Virus record (IMG/VR): IMGVR_UViG_2728369393_000001
Direction: 5' to 3' (one strand)
Length of the DNA: 64,000 nt
Source: a virus
Lineage: Duplodnaviria; Heunggongvirae; Uroviricota; Caudoviricetes
The position numbers and the translations under genes were made by a program. Numbering within the stretch: position 1 is the first letter of the stretch; each line of letters begins with the position of its first letter. The notes beneath the pieces were generated by a model. The model saw nothing but the letters and a program-made list of their open reading frames with translations. It made no database searches and had not been told where the DNA came from. Shown here piece after piece: positions 42,473 to 52,745 of the stretch.

Positions 42473-42835
42473 TCAGCTTTCGTTGGCATTTAACTTCGTC
42501 TTTGCTTTCTCCACCAGCAACTTCCAGATGCCTATTTCATTAGCAGCCGCCTTGATGGCGGCATAAAAAGCATCTTGCTGATCGTAACGCTGGATCTGTT
42601 TTTTCAGTTTTGCCTCCACCAATTTAATTTCATTACGTGCTTTCTGAAGCCGCATCACCGCCCGGTTACGTCTGTTCTTGTATAGCGTGTTAATCTCTGA
42701 CAATTGCTTTAATTTACCAGCCTGACTGTGGATTATCGCCTCCCTGGCTTCTGCCGTGCGTCTCATCTGATCTCTTAAGAGTTCACCGTTTTCGATAATT
42801 CTTTCAAGGTGTTTGATGTGATCTGCAACTCTCAT
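42473..42835 (-). CDS. hypothetical coiled-coil protein
   Basis: 120 aa. Confidence 0.4.
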   Translation of the reverse strand: MRVADHIKHLERIIENGELLRDQMRRTAEAREAIIHSQAGKLKQLSEINTLYKNRRNRAVMRLQKARNEIKLVEAKLKKQIQRYDQQDAFYAAIKAAANEIGIWKLLVEKAKTKLNANES

Positions 42836-43506
42836 ACTTCACCCTCGCTTGTATCACCAGCGTCCACCAACGACAATAAAGCCCTGGCCATCTTATGAAC
42901 CAACAGTGCATCAATAATGCCAAGCGTATGCCCCGGCTTAATGTTTAATGCTGCCTCAAGATGACACCTTTCCAGACCGCTTTTCTCGGCTTGTTTATGA
43001 TGATATGGCGTAATAACGTCGCCCAAAACACGGCTAATTCTTTCTCGTAATTGCTGGGTGCCAGCACACTTGATCGCTGTATCGTGGAGACGGTTAACCA
43101 GTTCGCGATAAACATGCGGCTTAATGCGGATACGTTCACCGGTGACGCCCTTTCCTGGCGCTGGCACCGAACTATCCGGAATATCCGGATAGTTGCCAGC
43201 CTCGTAAGCTACCCGCAGCCAGTGCATGAATGTTTCAGTGGACACACAACCACAGTCCACATCGATTTTTCCGCGTTGCTGTTCCAGCCACTGCTCAAAA
43301 TTCAATCTACACGTATTACTTTTATGTTGCTCTTTTTGTCTCAAGGCCAGCACCTGTTGGGCCAGTTCCAGAACGATACCGGGTGACGCTAACCTCTCAA
43401 ATTCCAATAAATAGTTTGCGTCAGGATGACAAGTAGCCTCGCCTGCAAAAAATACCAATTGCTGTAAGTATGCTGTCGTTAGAGTAGTCATTTCTTTTTG
43501 CGCCAT
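42832..43506 (-). CDS. hypothetical protein
   Basis: 224 aa, overlaps neighbours by 4-19 bp (operon-like). Confidence 0.45.
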   Translation of the reverse strand: MAQKEMTTLTTAYLQQLVFFAGEATCHPDANYLLEFERLASPGIVLELAQQVLALRQKEQHKSNTCRLNFEQWLEQQRGKIDVDCGCVSTETFMHWLRVAYEAGNYPDIPDSSVPAPGKGVTGERIRIKPHVYRELVNRLHDTAIKCAGTQQLRERISRVLGDVITPYHHKQAEKSGLERCHLEAALNIKPGHTLGIIDALLVHKMARALLSLVDAGDTSEGEV

Positions 43507-43862
43507 TTCTTTTCACATTCCTTAGTCCATTTTTCAATGTTCATTTTGGCAATATCAGTCATTCCATCACCTAAGAAATACTTTTTCCGGTACGTCTTGC
43601 ACTTAAACCACACTACAACAGCCACCAGCCAGAAAATAAAAGGCCATACGGCAATACCAACTCCAGCCGCGATAAAGCCCAATATCCATAAATGAAGCTC
43701 TCCAACTTCTGTTTCCGGCAATATTCTTAAAGAATTAAACAGCAGGCTGAACGAATGGTCGTATGCATTGGCAGTATAAGACATGCAATCCATATAATTA
43801 AAGTCATAGCCTGCGGCTGCCGCCCATAATGGGCGGTCAAGAAAATGTTTTAGTGTCATCAT
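43488..43862 (-). CDS. membrane protein
   Basis: 124 aa; central hydrophobic helices, Lys-rich C-terminus. Confidence 0.4.
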   Translation of the reverse strand: MMTLKHFLDRPLWAAAAGYDFNYMDCMSYTANAYDHSFSLLFNSLRILPETEVGELHLWILGFIAAGVGIAVWPFIFWLVAVVVWFKCKTYRKKYFLGDGMTDIAKMNIEKWTKECEKKWRKKK

Positions 43863-43868
43863 ATTAAT

Positions 43869-44162
43869 TTAAGGTTCAGACCAGTTATCTTCAATAGCAA
43901 TGCTTAATCTTTGTAGCCATTCTGCTAATTTCAGCATTGCTTCTCTTTCGCTTAAACCACACGGAAAATCATCAAGCGATATTGTTGGCTTGAAGTTTCC
44001 CAAATTATCCATTTCAACGGTCAGATTTTGCTCCAGAACGGTATTTCTTACGCGGCTATTGTGCCGAAGCAAATATACTGAACGTGATTTATTGGTTTTG
44101 TGGTCGAACGTATATTCGGTAAGTATCATCTGACTTCCGCCATGATTATTACCGCGCCACAT
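43869..44162 (-). CDS. hypothetical protein
   Basis: 97 aa. Confidence 0.35.
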   Translation of the reverse strand: MWRGNNHGGSQMILTEYTFDHKTNKSRSVYLLRHNSRVRNTVLEQNLTVEMDNLGNFKPTISLDDFPCGLSEREAMLKLAEWLQRLSIAIEDNWSEP

Positions 44163-44185
44163 AATTACTCCGTGTTAATTGAAAT

Positions 44186-44467
44186 TTAGCTATTAATCTT
44201 CACTTTTATCGCGAACACCTTTACCGGTTTATCACCGAAGTGTGGATGTGTGATTGTTTTTATTTCATATCCGTTATACGGGACGTCAATTCTGCGACTG
44301 AAGTCTTCGCGCTTCGGATATCCCTTTGTGATAATCAGGCGGTAATACTTACGGTTAACGAGGCGCTTATTCCAGTAGTCATTACACAGGCGATACTCTT
44401 CCGTTTTCTCCCCGCGAATCATGGCATCGAAGTATTCACCTTTAACGGCAAGTTGCAGGTTAGCCAT
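44186..44467 (-). CDS. ASCH/PUA-like domain protein
   Basis: MANLQLAVKGEYFDAMIRGEKTEEYRL resembles ASCH N-terminal signature; start 7 codons into track ORF. Confidence 0.4.
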   Translation of the reverse strand: MANLQLAVKGEYFDAMIRGEKTEEYRLCNDYWNKRLVNRKYYRLIITKGYPKREDFSRRIDVPYNGYEIKTITHPHFGDKPVKVFAIKVKINS

Positions 44468-44799
44468 TACCTCACCTCCAGTCTCCATACCGCCTGACCA
44501 ATCCGGCTGGCATGGGTATCTTTGGATACTGTTCCGTCTTTAGCCAGCTCCATAAGAATTTTGCGCAAATCTGCCGAACGCCATTCTTCATCAGGAAATT
44601 CCTTCTCCATTGCCAACCGCAGATTCCAGGTTGCCATCCTGAATGGATATTCCCCGCCGAGAGCTTTATCTTGCAGGGCAGCCCGGTAACGCATCACCTG
44701 CAAAACCTTCTCTTTTACATCCATCTTTTCGCCTCCTGCGGCGGTTCTGGTAGCGGCATCCAGTGTGATGGTATCCACGACGCACCAGGTATTACCCAC
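44467..44799 (-). CDS. hypothetical protein
   Basis: 110 aa. Confidence 0.35.
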   Translation of the reverse strand: MGNTWCVVDTITLDAATRTAAGGEKMDVKEKVLQVMRYRAALQDKALGGEYPFRMATWNLRLAMEKEFPDEEWRSADLRKILMELAKDGTVSKDTHASRIGQAVWRLEVR

Positions 44800-45284
44800 C
44801 CATCATTAGCGTCAGGATGCCCCGGGATGTAAGTCGCCCATTTCATTCGCCAGTCACCTTTCCTGTCAAACTCCCTGGCAACAAGAACGGCTGTTTTGGT
44901 ATCCGGCATTCGCTCACTACAGCTTATCCAGCCATCCGGAGTTACCGGAGAGTTGCCATTTACATCGAAGTTTGGCTCTGCGTCCTGAACCAGGAGGATG
45001 TAACCATTCTTGGCTGTATCAAGTTCTAACGCCTCGGTGACGGTGCCGAAATAGCGATTACCTAAATCAGCATCACAAGTGCTTACATCAATGGAAACTT
45101 CCATGCCTTCGATTAATTCTGGTAAGTTGTAAGTTTGGTTTACAGGCTCTGCTTCCAGCGATGCCAGAGCAATTCGTGCCAGTTCTTCCGCTTCTTCTGC
45201 TGGCAGTACAACGTTGCTACCCGGTCCGTATGTTTCGCGCCACTGCTTGATTGTCAGCAGTCGCTCTTTGGTAATAGTGATCAT
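44715..45284 (-). CDS. hypothetical protein, paralog family A (shares N-terminal module with 46159..46521)
   Basis: MITITKERLL..ELARIALASLEAEPV shared at protein and DNA level. Confidence 0.5.
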   Translation of the reverse strand: MITITKERLLTIKQWRETYGPGSNVVLPAEEAEELARIALASLEAEPVNQTYNLPELIEGMEVSIDVSTCDADLGNRYFGTVTEALELDTAKNGYILLVQDAEPNFDVNGNSPVTPDGWISCSERMPDTKTAVLVAREFDRKGDWRMKWATYIPGHPDANDGWVIPGASWIPSHWMPLPEPPQEAKRWM

Positions 45285-45868
45285 GCCGCGTTTCCTTCTT
45301 TCTTATTAACAATTACACCGTCATATATTTCATTAAGGTGCCCTCTCAACTCCATGCGCCTTAATGCAGATAACATGTAATCGCATTCAACCTGCTTATT
45401 TCCAGTAAATGGCTTATCGTCAGGATTACCCCAACAGCAATTACCCTTGGGCCACCCATGTACTTTCCGTACTCTTCCGTTAACAACGTGAAGTAATCCC
45501 CAGCCAGGTGGTAAATCCTCAACTGAAATAATTCCCGGCTCACTAATAAAGAATCGCCAGTCGCCCATTCCAAGAGATGGATTTTTACGAAAACGCTTTT
45601 TTCTATCTGCCAACAAGTCAGCACGAGAACACTTCGCCTCTATCAGGCATGATGCTGAATTTCTGAATCCCATAGCATCTGGCTGTTCTCCGGTACTGGT
45701 TACAGCTATAAAGCGGTCATGAAAACAAACCTTGAACCCGTTGCGCTTAAGGAACTTATACGCAATCTGACAGAGTTCGCGGTGTGTTAACGCCATATCA
45801 CTCTCCTTTAGTGCGCAAGTGGTTTTTCCAGCGGTTTTGCGCCGCGCTGGGCTTTTTGCAAAAACCAC
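45281..45868 (-). CDS. hypothetical protein with possible PD-(D/E)xK nuclease-like motif
   Basis: D..EAK spacing in GEQPDAMGF..LIEAKCS; start uncertain. Confidence 0.35.
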   Translation of the reverse strand: MVFAKSPARRKTAGKTTCALKESDMALTHRELCQIAYKFLKRNGFKVCFHDRFIAVTSTGEQPDAMGFRNSASCLIEAKCSRADLLADRKKRFRKNPSLGMGDWRFFISEPGIISVEDLPPGWGLLHVVNGRVRKVHGWPKGNCCWGNPDDKPFTGNKQVECDYMLSALRRMELRGHLNEIYDGVIVNKKEGNAA

Positions 45869-46158
45869 AATCCATCATCCCGTAATATTTCATCAACCCC
45901 ATCCGTCGGTTGCTGAGTCTCACCCACTGCCAGACGCCAGGAGCGTTTCTACGAACTAACAGAATCTTTGCTTTACGGTTTTTCATCGCTTTGCTCTCCT
46001 GCGTCTCTTTGCTGCTCGTCGTGCCGCTGCAATACCGGTATGGCGGCGCTTTGGTGCCGGGATGATGTTGTCAGCCATCAGGACATGTGGCTTTGCAATT
46101 AGCGCAGAAGCCCAAAAACGAGTCGGGTACGGTAACAAGCCGAAAAATGCCACACGCA

Positions 46159-46521
46159 TTACTCATCTCCCTTACCCTGAAGCATGGCAGCGCGGCAGGC
46201 GTTCCAGCCATCAACATAATCAAACGTATTGCTATCGTCTGGCTCGATTTCATCCGGCACTACCGGCTCTGGTTGGATAGTGACGTTGGCAAAGGCAGCA
46301 CGCAAACCGGCCTTAATTTCCTCTACTTCATCAGCGCCTAGCGATGAATCTGACAATGCGTGATGGAATGCGTAAGCCATGTCGTCGTTTACTGCAACCG
46401 GTTCGGCTTCCAGTGATGCCAGCGCAATTCGTGCCAGTTCCATTTGTTCGCCACGGGTAAGCCCGTTATCAAGCGGATTTTTAATGAATAATTCGATACG
46501 TTCTTTGGTAATAGTGGTCAT
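46159..46521 (-). CDS. hypothetical protein, paralog family A
   Basis: MTTITKERIELFIK..ELARIALASLEAEPV. Confidence 0.45.
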   Translation of the reverse strand: MTTITKERIELFIKNPLDNGLTRGEQMELARIALASLEAEPVAVNDDMAYAFHHALSDSSLGADEVEEIKAGLRAAFANVTIQPEPVVPDEIEPDDSNTFDYVDGWNACRAAMLQGKGDE

Positions 46522-46760
46522 TTGTTAATCCTCAAAACTTTATGCCCGGGCGCAAAAGCACGTGTTTTGTCTTTACTTATTCGCCACCCGTCTTTACGGG
46601 CCTCTTTTGCACAACCAGACCATGACGTACCGATATACTCACCGAAGTCTGGCACTGGATATACACCTTCCGTACACTGGCGGCAGTCACAATAGAGATG
46701 CATGGTGTAACTTGCAGCGATAGCCATATCACTCTCCTTTGATGCGAATGCCTGTTGCAA
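46518..46760 (-). CDS. hypothetical Cys-rich small protein
   Basis: 80 aa; CDC..C motif. Confidence 0.35.
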   Translation of the reverse strand: MQQAFASKESDMAIAASYTMHLYCDCRQCTEGVYPVPDFGEYIGTSWSGCAKEARKDGWRISKDKTRAFAPGHKVLRINK

Positions 46761-47214
46761 TGCTGTTTATGATGCTGTCAGTGCATGGGGTAGAAAGCTG
46801 GGCATCTCCAGCAATTTTCATGACATCAACATCTGCATATCGAATACCGAGGTGTATCAGACCGGCTATACCTGACTTAAGCCGAGCATTTTCCATAAAC
46901 AGATCCTTTGCCCGCTGTTTTTCTGCCTCAAGCTCAACGCGCAACTTCCCTACCGTTAGCGCAATATCCTCGTTCTCCTGGTCGCGGGATTTGATGTATT
47001 GCTGGTTTCTTTCCCGTTCATCCAGTAGTGCCAGCACGGTTTCTGGTCCGGCCAGAAATTTGAAGGCGTTGAGCGCATCAATATCCACACCGTAATCTTT
47101 AAGTTCCTGTTCGCTTATCAGATCATCATCAACTGGCAACATTAACAGGCGTTCCATTGCCGGAATTGCACGTTCTGCCGCCTCACGCAGTGCCTGATAG
47201 TTAATTTTGGTCAT
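46729..47214 (-). CDS. hypothetical coiled-coil protein
   Basis: 161 aa; INYQALREAAERA N-terminus similar to 48530..49267. Confidence 0.4.
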   Translation of the reverse strand: MTKINYQALREAAERAIPAMERLLMLPVDDDLISEQELKDYGVDIDALNAFKFLAGPETVLALLDERERNQQYIKSRDQENEDIALTVGKLRVELEAEKQRAKDLFMENARLKSGIAGLIHLGIRYADVDVMKIAGDAQLSTPCTDSIINSIATGIRIKGE

Positions 47215-47215
47215 A

Positions 47216-47515
47216 TCACATCACCCTGAAGCCGTTGCATTTACGTAAAAAATCGCAGATATAGCCCTTCATTTTTTCGTGCCAATCTCGATCATTCCCA
47301 TTGCACCAACCATCAGGTGGAGTCCAGTTTTCTATCAGAGCAGCCATTTTCTTTGCTTTCGCCGGAGTAGCTGTTGCGGTATCGCAGTAATGACGAGTGT
47401 CAACCAACGTATCCATACCATCGATATCAAGTACGCAAAACCATGTGTGATTCGGCATTTCAACAGATGGTATTTGTTGCCCACGTCGACGTTTATCAAT
47501 AAGACATACAGTCAC
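47216..47515 (-). CDS. hypothetical protein
   Basis: 99 aa. Confidence 0.35.
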   Translation of the reverse strand: MTVCLIDKRRRGQQIPSVEMPNHTWFCVLDIDGMDTLVDTRHYCDTATATPAKAKKMAALIENWTPPDGWCNGNDRDWHEKMKGYICDFLRKCNGFRVM

Positions 47516-48246
47516 TGGTTGCCTCCTTTGCGAAGCTGGGCAGCAAAGTCAACTAACCACTCAGTCATTTCAACCTTCCCTACCAGGTCTGAACCAGGGT
47601 GCATACAGCAATCACTCTGCGCCGCTTTGAAATCCTTATACTCATATTCTTGGGCCACCAGATTTTTTGCAGCTTCTATAGCAGCATCCACCCCCTGCGC
47701 CCGGACTTCAGCCAAGAAAGCGTCGGTGGCTGACATATTTCCTGTTGCCTTCATGGCCTTCAAAATAACCAGAACGCCATCTCGCCCAACCACCTCAGCG
47801 ATAACCTCGGTGTTGTCGCCAACAACATCGCAGAATGCCTGAAATGCCTTACGAGCCAGCTCATTCTCCACTGCCAGCGCCGTGCGATTACCCTCCAGCT
47901 CTGCAATGCGCTGTTTTGCGGCATCCAGTTCAATCGACAATTTTTCCAACTGCTCTTGATGCTTCTTGTATTCCTGATATGCGTGCCAAGACTGACCTTT
48001 GCGCACACTATCAGTGATATCAGTAATCTGTTCTGGTGTTAGCGTGGTCAGTGGCTGTGATGGGAAAATAAGCACTTTCCCGGAATCCCAATCAAAACCA
48101 GCGTGAATTGACTGAACCTCAACTGAAGGTGTTGAACCAATGCTGCCAGGCGAATGAACAACGATTGTTACATCCATATCGCGACGATGGCTGTGGTTGT
48201 TGGACAAAATACGATTCACCAACTCAGAAAATTTGGAAATTTTCAT
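47512..48246 (-). CDS. hypothetical protein, paralog family B
   Basis: 244 aa; ATDAFLAEVRA module and RKGGNQ C-terminus shared with neighbours. Confidence 0.45.
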   Translation of the reverse strand: MKISKFSELVNRILSNNHSHRRDMDVTIVVHSPGSIGSTPSVEVQSIHAGFDWDSGKVLIFPSQPLTTLTPEQITDITDSVRKGQSWHAYQEYKKHQEQLEKLSIELDAAKQRIAELEGNRTALAVENELARKAFQAFCDVVGDNTEVIAEVVGRDGVLVILKAMKATGNMSATDAFLAEVRAQGVDAAIEAAKNLVAQEYEYKDFKAAQSDCCMHPGSDLVGKVEMTEWLVDFAAQLRKGGNQ

Positions 48247-48566
48247 GCTGATTCCCCTTTCTCTGCTCTCTCCTGTCGGAACATCACTATCATCAGGTCG
48301 CCTTTTGTCGCTATCCTGGCTGTTGTACCTGGTTCAATGCGGCTAAGCTCAAATGCGTCATAGAACGCTTCTAATGCCTTCTGGCGTAGTTCCTGTTTGC
48401 GCCGTTTTTTCCACTGTTTTAGGAAAATGGAACCCAGCCATCGCCATGTGCGGGACATGATGTAAAGCCAACCGAGAAGTGCCAGACCGGTATTTAGGAG
48501 CGTATCGATCGTTATTGTCGTGTCGATATTCACTGGCTGCTTCCTTTGCGAATCTGTTCCGCCCAT
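48243..48566 (-). CDS. small membrane protein
   Basis: 107 aa, one hydrophobic helix. Confidence 0.35.
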   Translation of the reverse strand: MGGTDSQRKQPVNIDTTITIDTLLNTGLALLGWLYIMSRTWRWLGSIFLKQWKKRRKQELRQKALEAFYDAFELSRIEPGTTARIATKGDLMIVMFRQERAEKGESA

Positions 48567-49267
48567 TCTTCAAGGGATTTCTCCGCATATTCACCAGACA
48601 GGCCATCAATCGGATGCGCTTCATTAGCCAACTCTTCTTTCGCTGACAAAATCATGCGTGTAACGTCGAAAACTTCACGCAAAGACTTATTGATAAATCC
48701 GTGATTGAACGCAGCAGCAAGACGGCTGGCGGTATAGTTAATCCCCTCGTTGCGTGCTTCCGCACGAATTTCAGCCAGAAAAGCATCGGTAGCTGGAGTT
48801 TCGCTGTGGTGTAGGGCATCGTTGATAATCATTGCAGCAACTCCGGCCTGCCCTGCATCCGTGACCGACACATGATCAAGAGTTACAGCCATTGCGTGTT
48901 TCAGCCCAGCGTTCTCTGCCACCAGAGCCGCGAGCTTAGTCTCAAGCGGTGCTATTCGGCACATAGCATCAATATTTGTGTCCTCCAGGCGCTTAATTTC
49001 ACCAAGTAGCTCCAGTGCAACCTTTGGGTTGAATGCGGCAATATAACGAGCGTTGTTCTCTGCGTTTTTCAGTCCATCAAAGCCGGTCCATTTGATAACG
49101 TCTTCACATCGTTTATCACCGGGCGTATGCACCGCATACGTACCAGTACCCGGCGAAATAAATGCGACCCATTCGCCCTGTGTTGCCTGTTTTGCTATCT
49201 CACGCAGTGCCCGGTAATTAATTTCGCTCACTGGCTGCCTCCTTTGCGGAGTTGCGCTTCGATGCAC
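48530..49267 (-). CDS. hypothetical protein, paralog family B
   Basis: 245 aa; ATDAFLAEIRA and RKGSSQ C-terminus. Confidence 0.45.
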   Translation of the reverse strand: MHRSATPQRRQPVSEINYRALREIAKQATQGEWVAFISPGTGTYAVHTPGDKRCEDVIKWTGFDGLKNAENNARYIAAFNPKVALELLGEIKRLEDTNIDAMCRIAPLETKLAALVAENAGLKHAMAVTLDHVSVTDAGQAGVAAMIINDALHHSETPATDAFLAEIRAEARNEGINYTASRLAAAFNHGFINKSLREVFDVTRMILSAKEELANEAHPIDGLSGEYAEKSLEEWAEQIRKGSSQ

Positions 49268-49467
49268 GAAAAAAAAGACTCCCGAGTATGACTGTTAAGA
49301 GCTGGTGCGAACGCCGCGTTAAGAACGGCAGCATCACAGCCGTCATCAATATAGAGCGCAATTTTTTTCTCCAGGCGCGCTTTGGCTTCCTGCAACTGCA
49401 TACCCCGGCACGCACGCGGGATATAATCAGCAATTTGAGCGATAGCTTTTTCGTTCTGTTTAAACAT
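49228..49467 (-). CDS. small protein sharing the family B C-terminal tail
   Basis: 79 aa ending QLRKGGSQ. Confidence 0.35.
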   Translation of the reverse strand: MFKQNEKAIAQIADYIPRACRGMQLQEAKARLEKKIALYIDDGCDAAVLNAAFAPALNSHTRESFFSCIEAQLRKGGSQ

Positions 49468-49663
49468 GCTTCACCTCGATAGGCTTGATGGTGTCTAACA
49501 GCAGTCGACGGCGCGTATTTTCTGCAAAGTGGCGGCGTCCGGTATCTTTGTGGTAAAACTCATTTTTGCCGACGACCCACATCCGCTCTGTTTGGTGCAG
49601 TTTTTTTACCTGCGGCCCGTCTTTGGTGATCACGGTGCCGGTATGGGTTTTTACGATTGTCAT
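49460..49663 (-). CDS. hypothetical small protein
   Basis: 67 aa. Confidence 0.3.
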   Translation of the reverse strand: MTIVKTHTGTVITKDGPQVKKLHQTERMWVVGKNEFYHKDTGRRHFAENTRRRLLLDTIKPIEVKHV

Positions 49664-49746
49664 GCCACTACCTCTTCGAACAGATGAACGAGACAGGCCG
49701 ATGCTCGTCCACCTGAAAAACTGACGATTTGATGCATACTCACGGT

Positions 49747-50475
49747 TTATTCCTGAATGCGCTTAAACTCGATTACCCACACCCAGGGATTAGCGTTCCA
49801 GCTTTCTTCACCATAGATGGATTCCCACAGGCGCTGGAACGCAACCTTGGCCATTGCGAAATCCCTCTTGGGAGTAAGGAATGTTCCCGGGTGATCAGGA
49901 AGCAAACTTCCAGCAGGCGGAACGCCCTCAGCCCTTGCATCGCATTCGCTGATATCGTTCAACCGTTCAACGCGCACGTTGGTAATTTCCAACAGAATGC
50001 GTGATGCCCATCGCGGCATGTGAATTGATGGACGCCACCCACCATCAAACTTTTCATTCACAGTGTGAGGTTTCCAGTCGGCATCATCGGGTATCGACCA
50101 TAAGCCGTAATCACCAGGTTTTTGCTCACAACTGGCCCGATAAATCCTTGCTGCGTTCTTCTCATCGCCACGACAAAGGTTGTCGTTCCAGTCCACACTG
50201 CAACCATCTTCATTGCCTAATATCGTCCATGTTTCACGAACCCAAATTCGATCGCCGACGATACCAAAGGGGCAATTGAAAACACTGCTTACACCATCAG
50301 CCCCGTACCACTGAAAACCTGCACCAATTTCCCTAACCATCACTGGTGCTTCTGGACCAACTTCCGCAGGCTGATTTTTCATTATCCGCCGCGTCTGCGT
50401 TTTCCTTCCTTCGAGGATGGCTCGGACCATCTCATCGTTGAAAATCATGCCGCGCTCTTTCACTTCGCCTTTCAT
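49747..50475 (-). CDS. ASCH-like domain protein
   Basis: MIFNDEMVRAILEGRKTQTRR N-terminal signature. Confidence 0.45.
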   Translation of the reverse strand: MKGEVKERGMIFNDEMVRAILEGRKTQTRRIMKNQPAEVGPEAPVMVREIGAGFQWYGADGVSSVFNCPFGIVGDRIWVRETWTILGNEDGCSVDWNDNLCRGDEKNAARIYRASCEQKPGDYGLWSIPDDADWKPHTVNEKFDGGWRPSIHMPRWASRILLEITNVRVERLNDISECDARAEGVPPAGSLLPDHPGTFLTPKRDFAMAKVAFQRLWESIYGEESWNANPWVWVIEFKRIQE

Positions 50476-50653
50476 GCATCCCCCTTACCCATGCGCGACG
50501 ATGCCGCCAAAAGTGATAGAGAACAGCCAGAAATAGATCGCGGCCATAATGATTTTGAATGCCGTGTTCATATTTTCAGCTCCTGTGATTGATTGGATAC
50601 ATGCCGCGCCTTGCGGCATGTTTTTATTTTCACTTTCTCTGTTTTAAAAATCA

Positions 50654-50670
50654 AGATTTATTAGAGCAAT
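50654..50670 (-). promoter_or_regulatory. C1 operator-like site
   Basis: minus strand ATTGCTCTAATAAATCT, 16/17. Confidence 0.55.
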
Positions 50671-51176
50671 TATTGTTGATGGAGAAGCGCGTTTTCATAC
50701 TCCCTGACCATTAACGTAAGTACGCCGTGACTCCTGAAAACACGCGCCACGTCAATCTTATCTTCCAGCGCGAACGCAATTTTACTTAGACCAATTTTCT
50801 TCAGGAGATCAATCTTTGCTGGACCGTCATTTCTGTCATCGGTGGCAGGACGCATAGATAGCAAAGGCTCAGTCCCATTTGTTACGTGCTTACGCAACCA
50901 GGCTCGTGTTTTATCCCTGGCTATCTCACAGCGCCCGGTTACAAACCAGAGGGTGTAAATGCCGGACAACTGGCGCACCATATCAATAACTGAAGTGATG
51001 GGAGCATCAGTGTCACAGGCAAGGTTAAACTCGTTCCAGTGCTCTGTTAATGCACCTTTGCCAGGTGGTGGAAGTAAATGCAGCCTGTCTTCCGTTGCCT
51101 CTGATATCGTCCCATCAATATCTACTATGACGATGTACGGACGTTCCTGGTGTGCGTGTTTATTGAAAATACTCAA
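50670..51176 (-). CDS. HAD-superfamily phosphatase-like protein
   Basis: VIVDIDGTI = DxDxT HAD motif I near N-terminus. Confidence 0.45.
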   Translation of the reverse strand: MSIFNKHAHQERPYIVIVDIDGTISEATEDRLHLLPPPGKGALTEHWNEFNLACDTDAPITSVIDMVRQLSGIYTLWFVTGRCEIARDKTRAWLRKHVTNGTEPLLSMRPATDDRNDGPAKIDLLKKIGLSKIAFALEDKIDVARVFRSHGVLTLMVREYENALLHQQ

Positions 51177-51248
51177 ATGCCCTCCTCATTGGACGAAAAA
51201 AATGCTGGTGGGAGCACTCCACCAGCATTAAAAGTGACACTGTAACTA

Positions 51249-52511
51249 TCAGCGAACGTAAATAGTGCCGCCGTTCTCTTTTTCCCATGCATCGCTACGT
51301 GCATAGCAAACATCGAGAAGTCTTCTTGCCGCAGTTTCCTCTAAACCCAATTCGACAACCAACTGCTCATGACGGCGGGTAACCACATCAAACAGGGTAT
51401 GCAGCCCTTTAGTTGCCAGATCATCAATGAATTCCGGTTCGAACGGCAGCTCTGCATCTGCCAACATAACCTCTTGCGCCCACTCAACTCGACGGACCAA
51501 TTCCGGGCGGCGGCTTTCCATCTCTTTACAGATCAATTCATGGAAGAACTCTACCCAACCTTCCGGCTGGAACTCGCGGAAAATTGCCAACGGCTGGAAG
51601 TTTGGCATCAACCATTCGTTGATTCGGATATCAATGGCATAGCCCATGTCGCAGCAGAACTGATAAGCAAAGTCCAGCTTAGAAACGATATAAGGACGCT
51701 CGTTATTGAACTCTTTAGGCGATGAGATCCCATAAGCCAGGAGGCGCGGGAAGAAGGAGATTTGCCCTAACGTCGGATGAAGTTTGCTTGCAGGGAAACG
51801 GCGCTCAGTAATGCCATACATTTCCTTCTTGAGCGTCGCAAATTTGGCATTCTCATTAACCAGCGCGGTAACCTCTGCTTTTTTATTAGCAAATGCCACG
51901 CGCGCTTCGCTTGCATCTTTAATAGTTTTTTTGAGCTGTTGGTTAAGGTCAGCGACCTGCTTACGCAGTTCCTGTCGCTCGCTTTTAGCTTTGTTATAGC
52001 GTTTCTCAAGGTTAAAAGGATCAAGTTTCATGATCTCTTTATATTGAGATTTTAGCGTTGAAATCTGTGAGTTCCGCAGTTCAACCATCGCGGTCATTTC
52101 ATTGAGTTTTGTTTCCAGCTCAATGCTTATACGTTCGGCATTATCAGCACGCTGGTTGGCGTCATGCGTCGCATCGTCGATCGCGTCCTGTTGCTGGCGT
52201 TTCAAATGTTCAATTTGCAGCTGAAGCTCTTCAATTTCTTTACCCTTCAGACCGAGATCCAACTGCATATTTTCAGCTGCATCTACCAGGGAGTTATGGC
52301 TATCAGCTTCTGCGTTATAAACATCAATAAGCTGTGCGTGAAGCATCTCCGCTGACTGAACCGCATTATCAAAAAAACGTGCTGTGAGGTCATCACAACT
52401 AACGCGGCGTTGCGCGGCCCGGATGTTCTGGATAATGGCCGGGATACCGGCATTCAGGACATCAGGGATAGATACATTTTCGATTGATTGGTTTTGTGCT
52501 GAAGTGCTCAT
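51249..52511 (-). CDS. hypothetical protein with long coiled-coil N-terminal half
   Basis: 420 aa. Confidence 0.45.
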   Translation of the reverse strand: MSTSAQNQSIENVSIPDVLNAGIPAIIQNIRAAQRRVSCDDLTARFFDNAVQSAEMLHAQLIDVYNAEADSHNSLVDAAENMQLDLGLKGKEIEELQLQIEHLKRQQQDAIDDATHDANQRADNAERISIELETKLNEMTAMVELRNSQISTLKSQYKEIMKLDPFNLEKRYNKAKSERQELRKQVADLNQQLKKTIKDASEARVAFANKKAEVTALVNENAKFATLKKEMYGITERRFPASKLHPTLGQISFFPRLLAYGISSPKEFNNERPYIVSKLDFAYQFCCDMGYAIDIRINEWLMPNFQPLAIFREFQPEGWVEFFHELICKEMESRRPELVRRVEWAQEVMLADAELPFEPEFIDDLATKGLHTLFDVVTRRHEQLVVELGLEETAARRLLDVCYARSDAWEKENGGTIYVR

Positions 52512-52512
52512 T

Positions 52513-52731
52513 TCAAAGTTCCGTATTAGCTTGTGCTTCGGTCATTTTTCCTAAGTATGAAGGAGGAAGGACTACGCAATTTGTATCCAGTCCCTCACCT
52601 ATGGCAGCCTGTAAAATTCTGGCTAAGGTGAGTCTCTTGTTGCGATACCTGGTGATGACATGCCTGATACCGCCGGTCGGCGTAACAAAGGCGATCAGCC
52701 AGTAGTGATATTTCCGTCGGAATGGCCACAT
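52513..52731 (-). CDS. hypothetical small protein
   Basis: 72 aa. Confidence 0.3.
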   Translation of the reverse strand: MWPFRRKYHYWLIAFVTPTGGIRHVITRYRNKRLTLARILQAAIGEGLDTNCVVLPPSYLGKMTEAQANTEL

Positions 52732-52745
52732 AGTGCACCTTGTAG

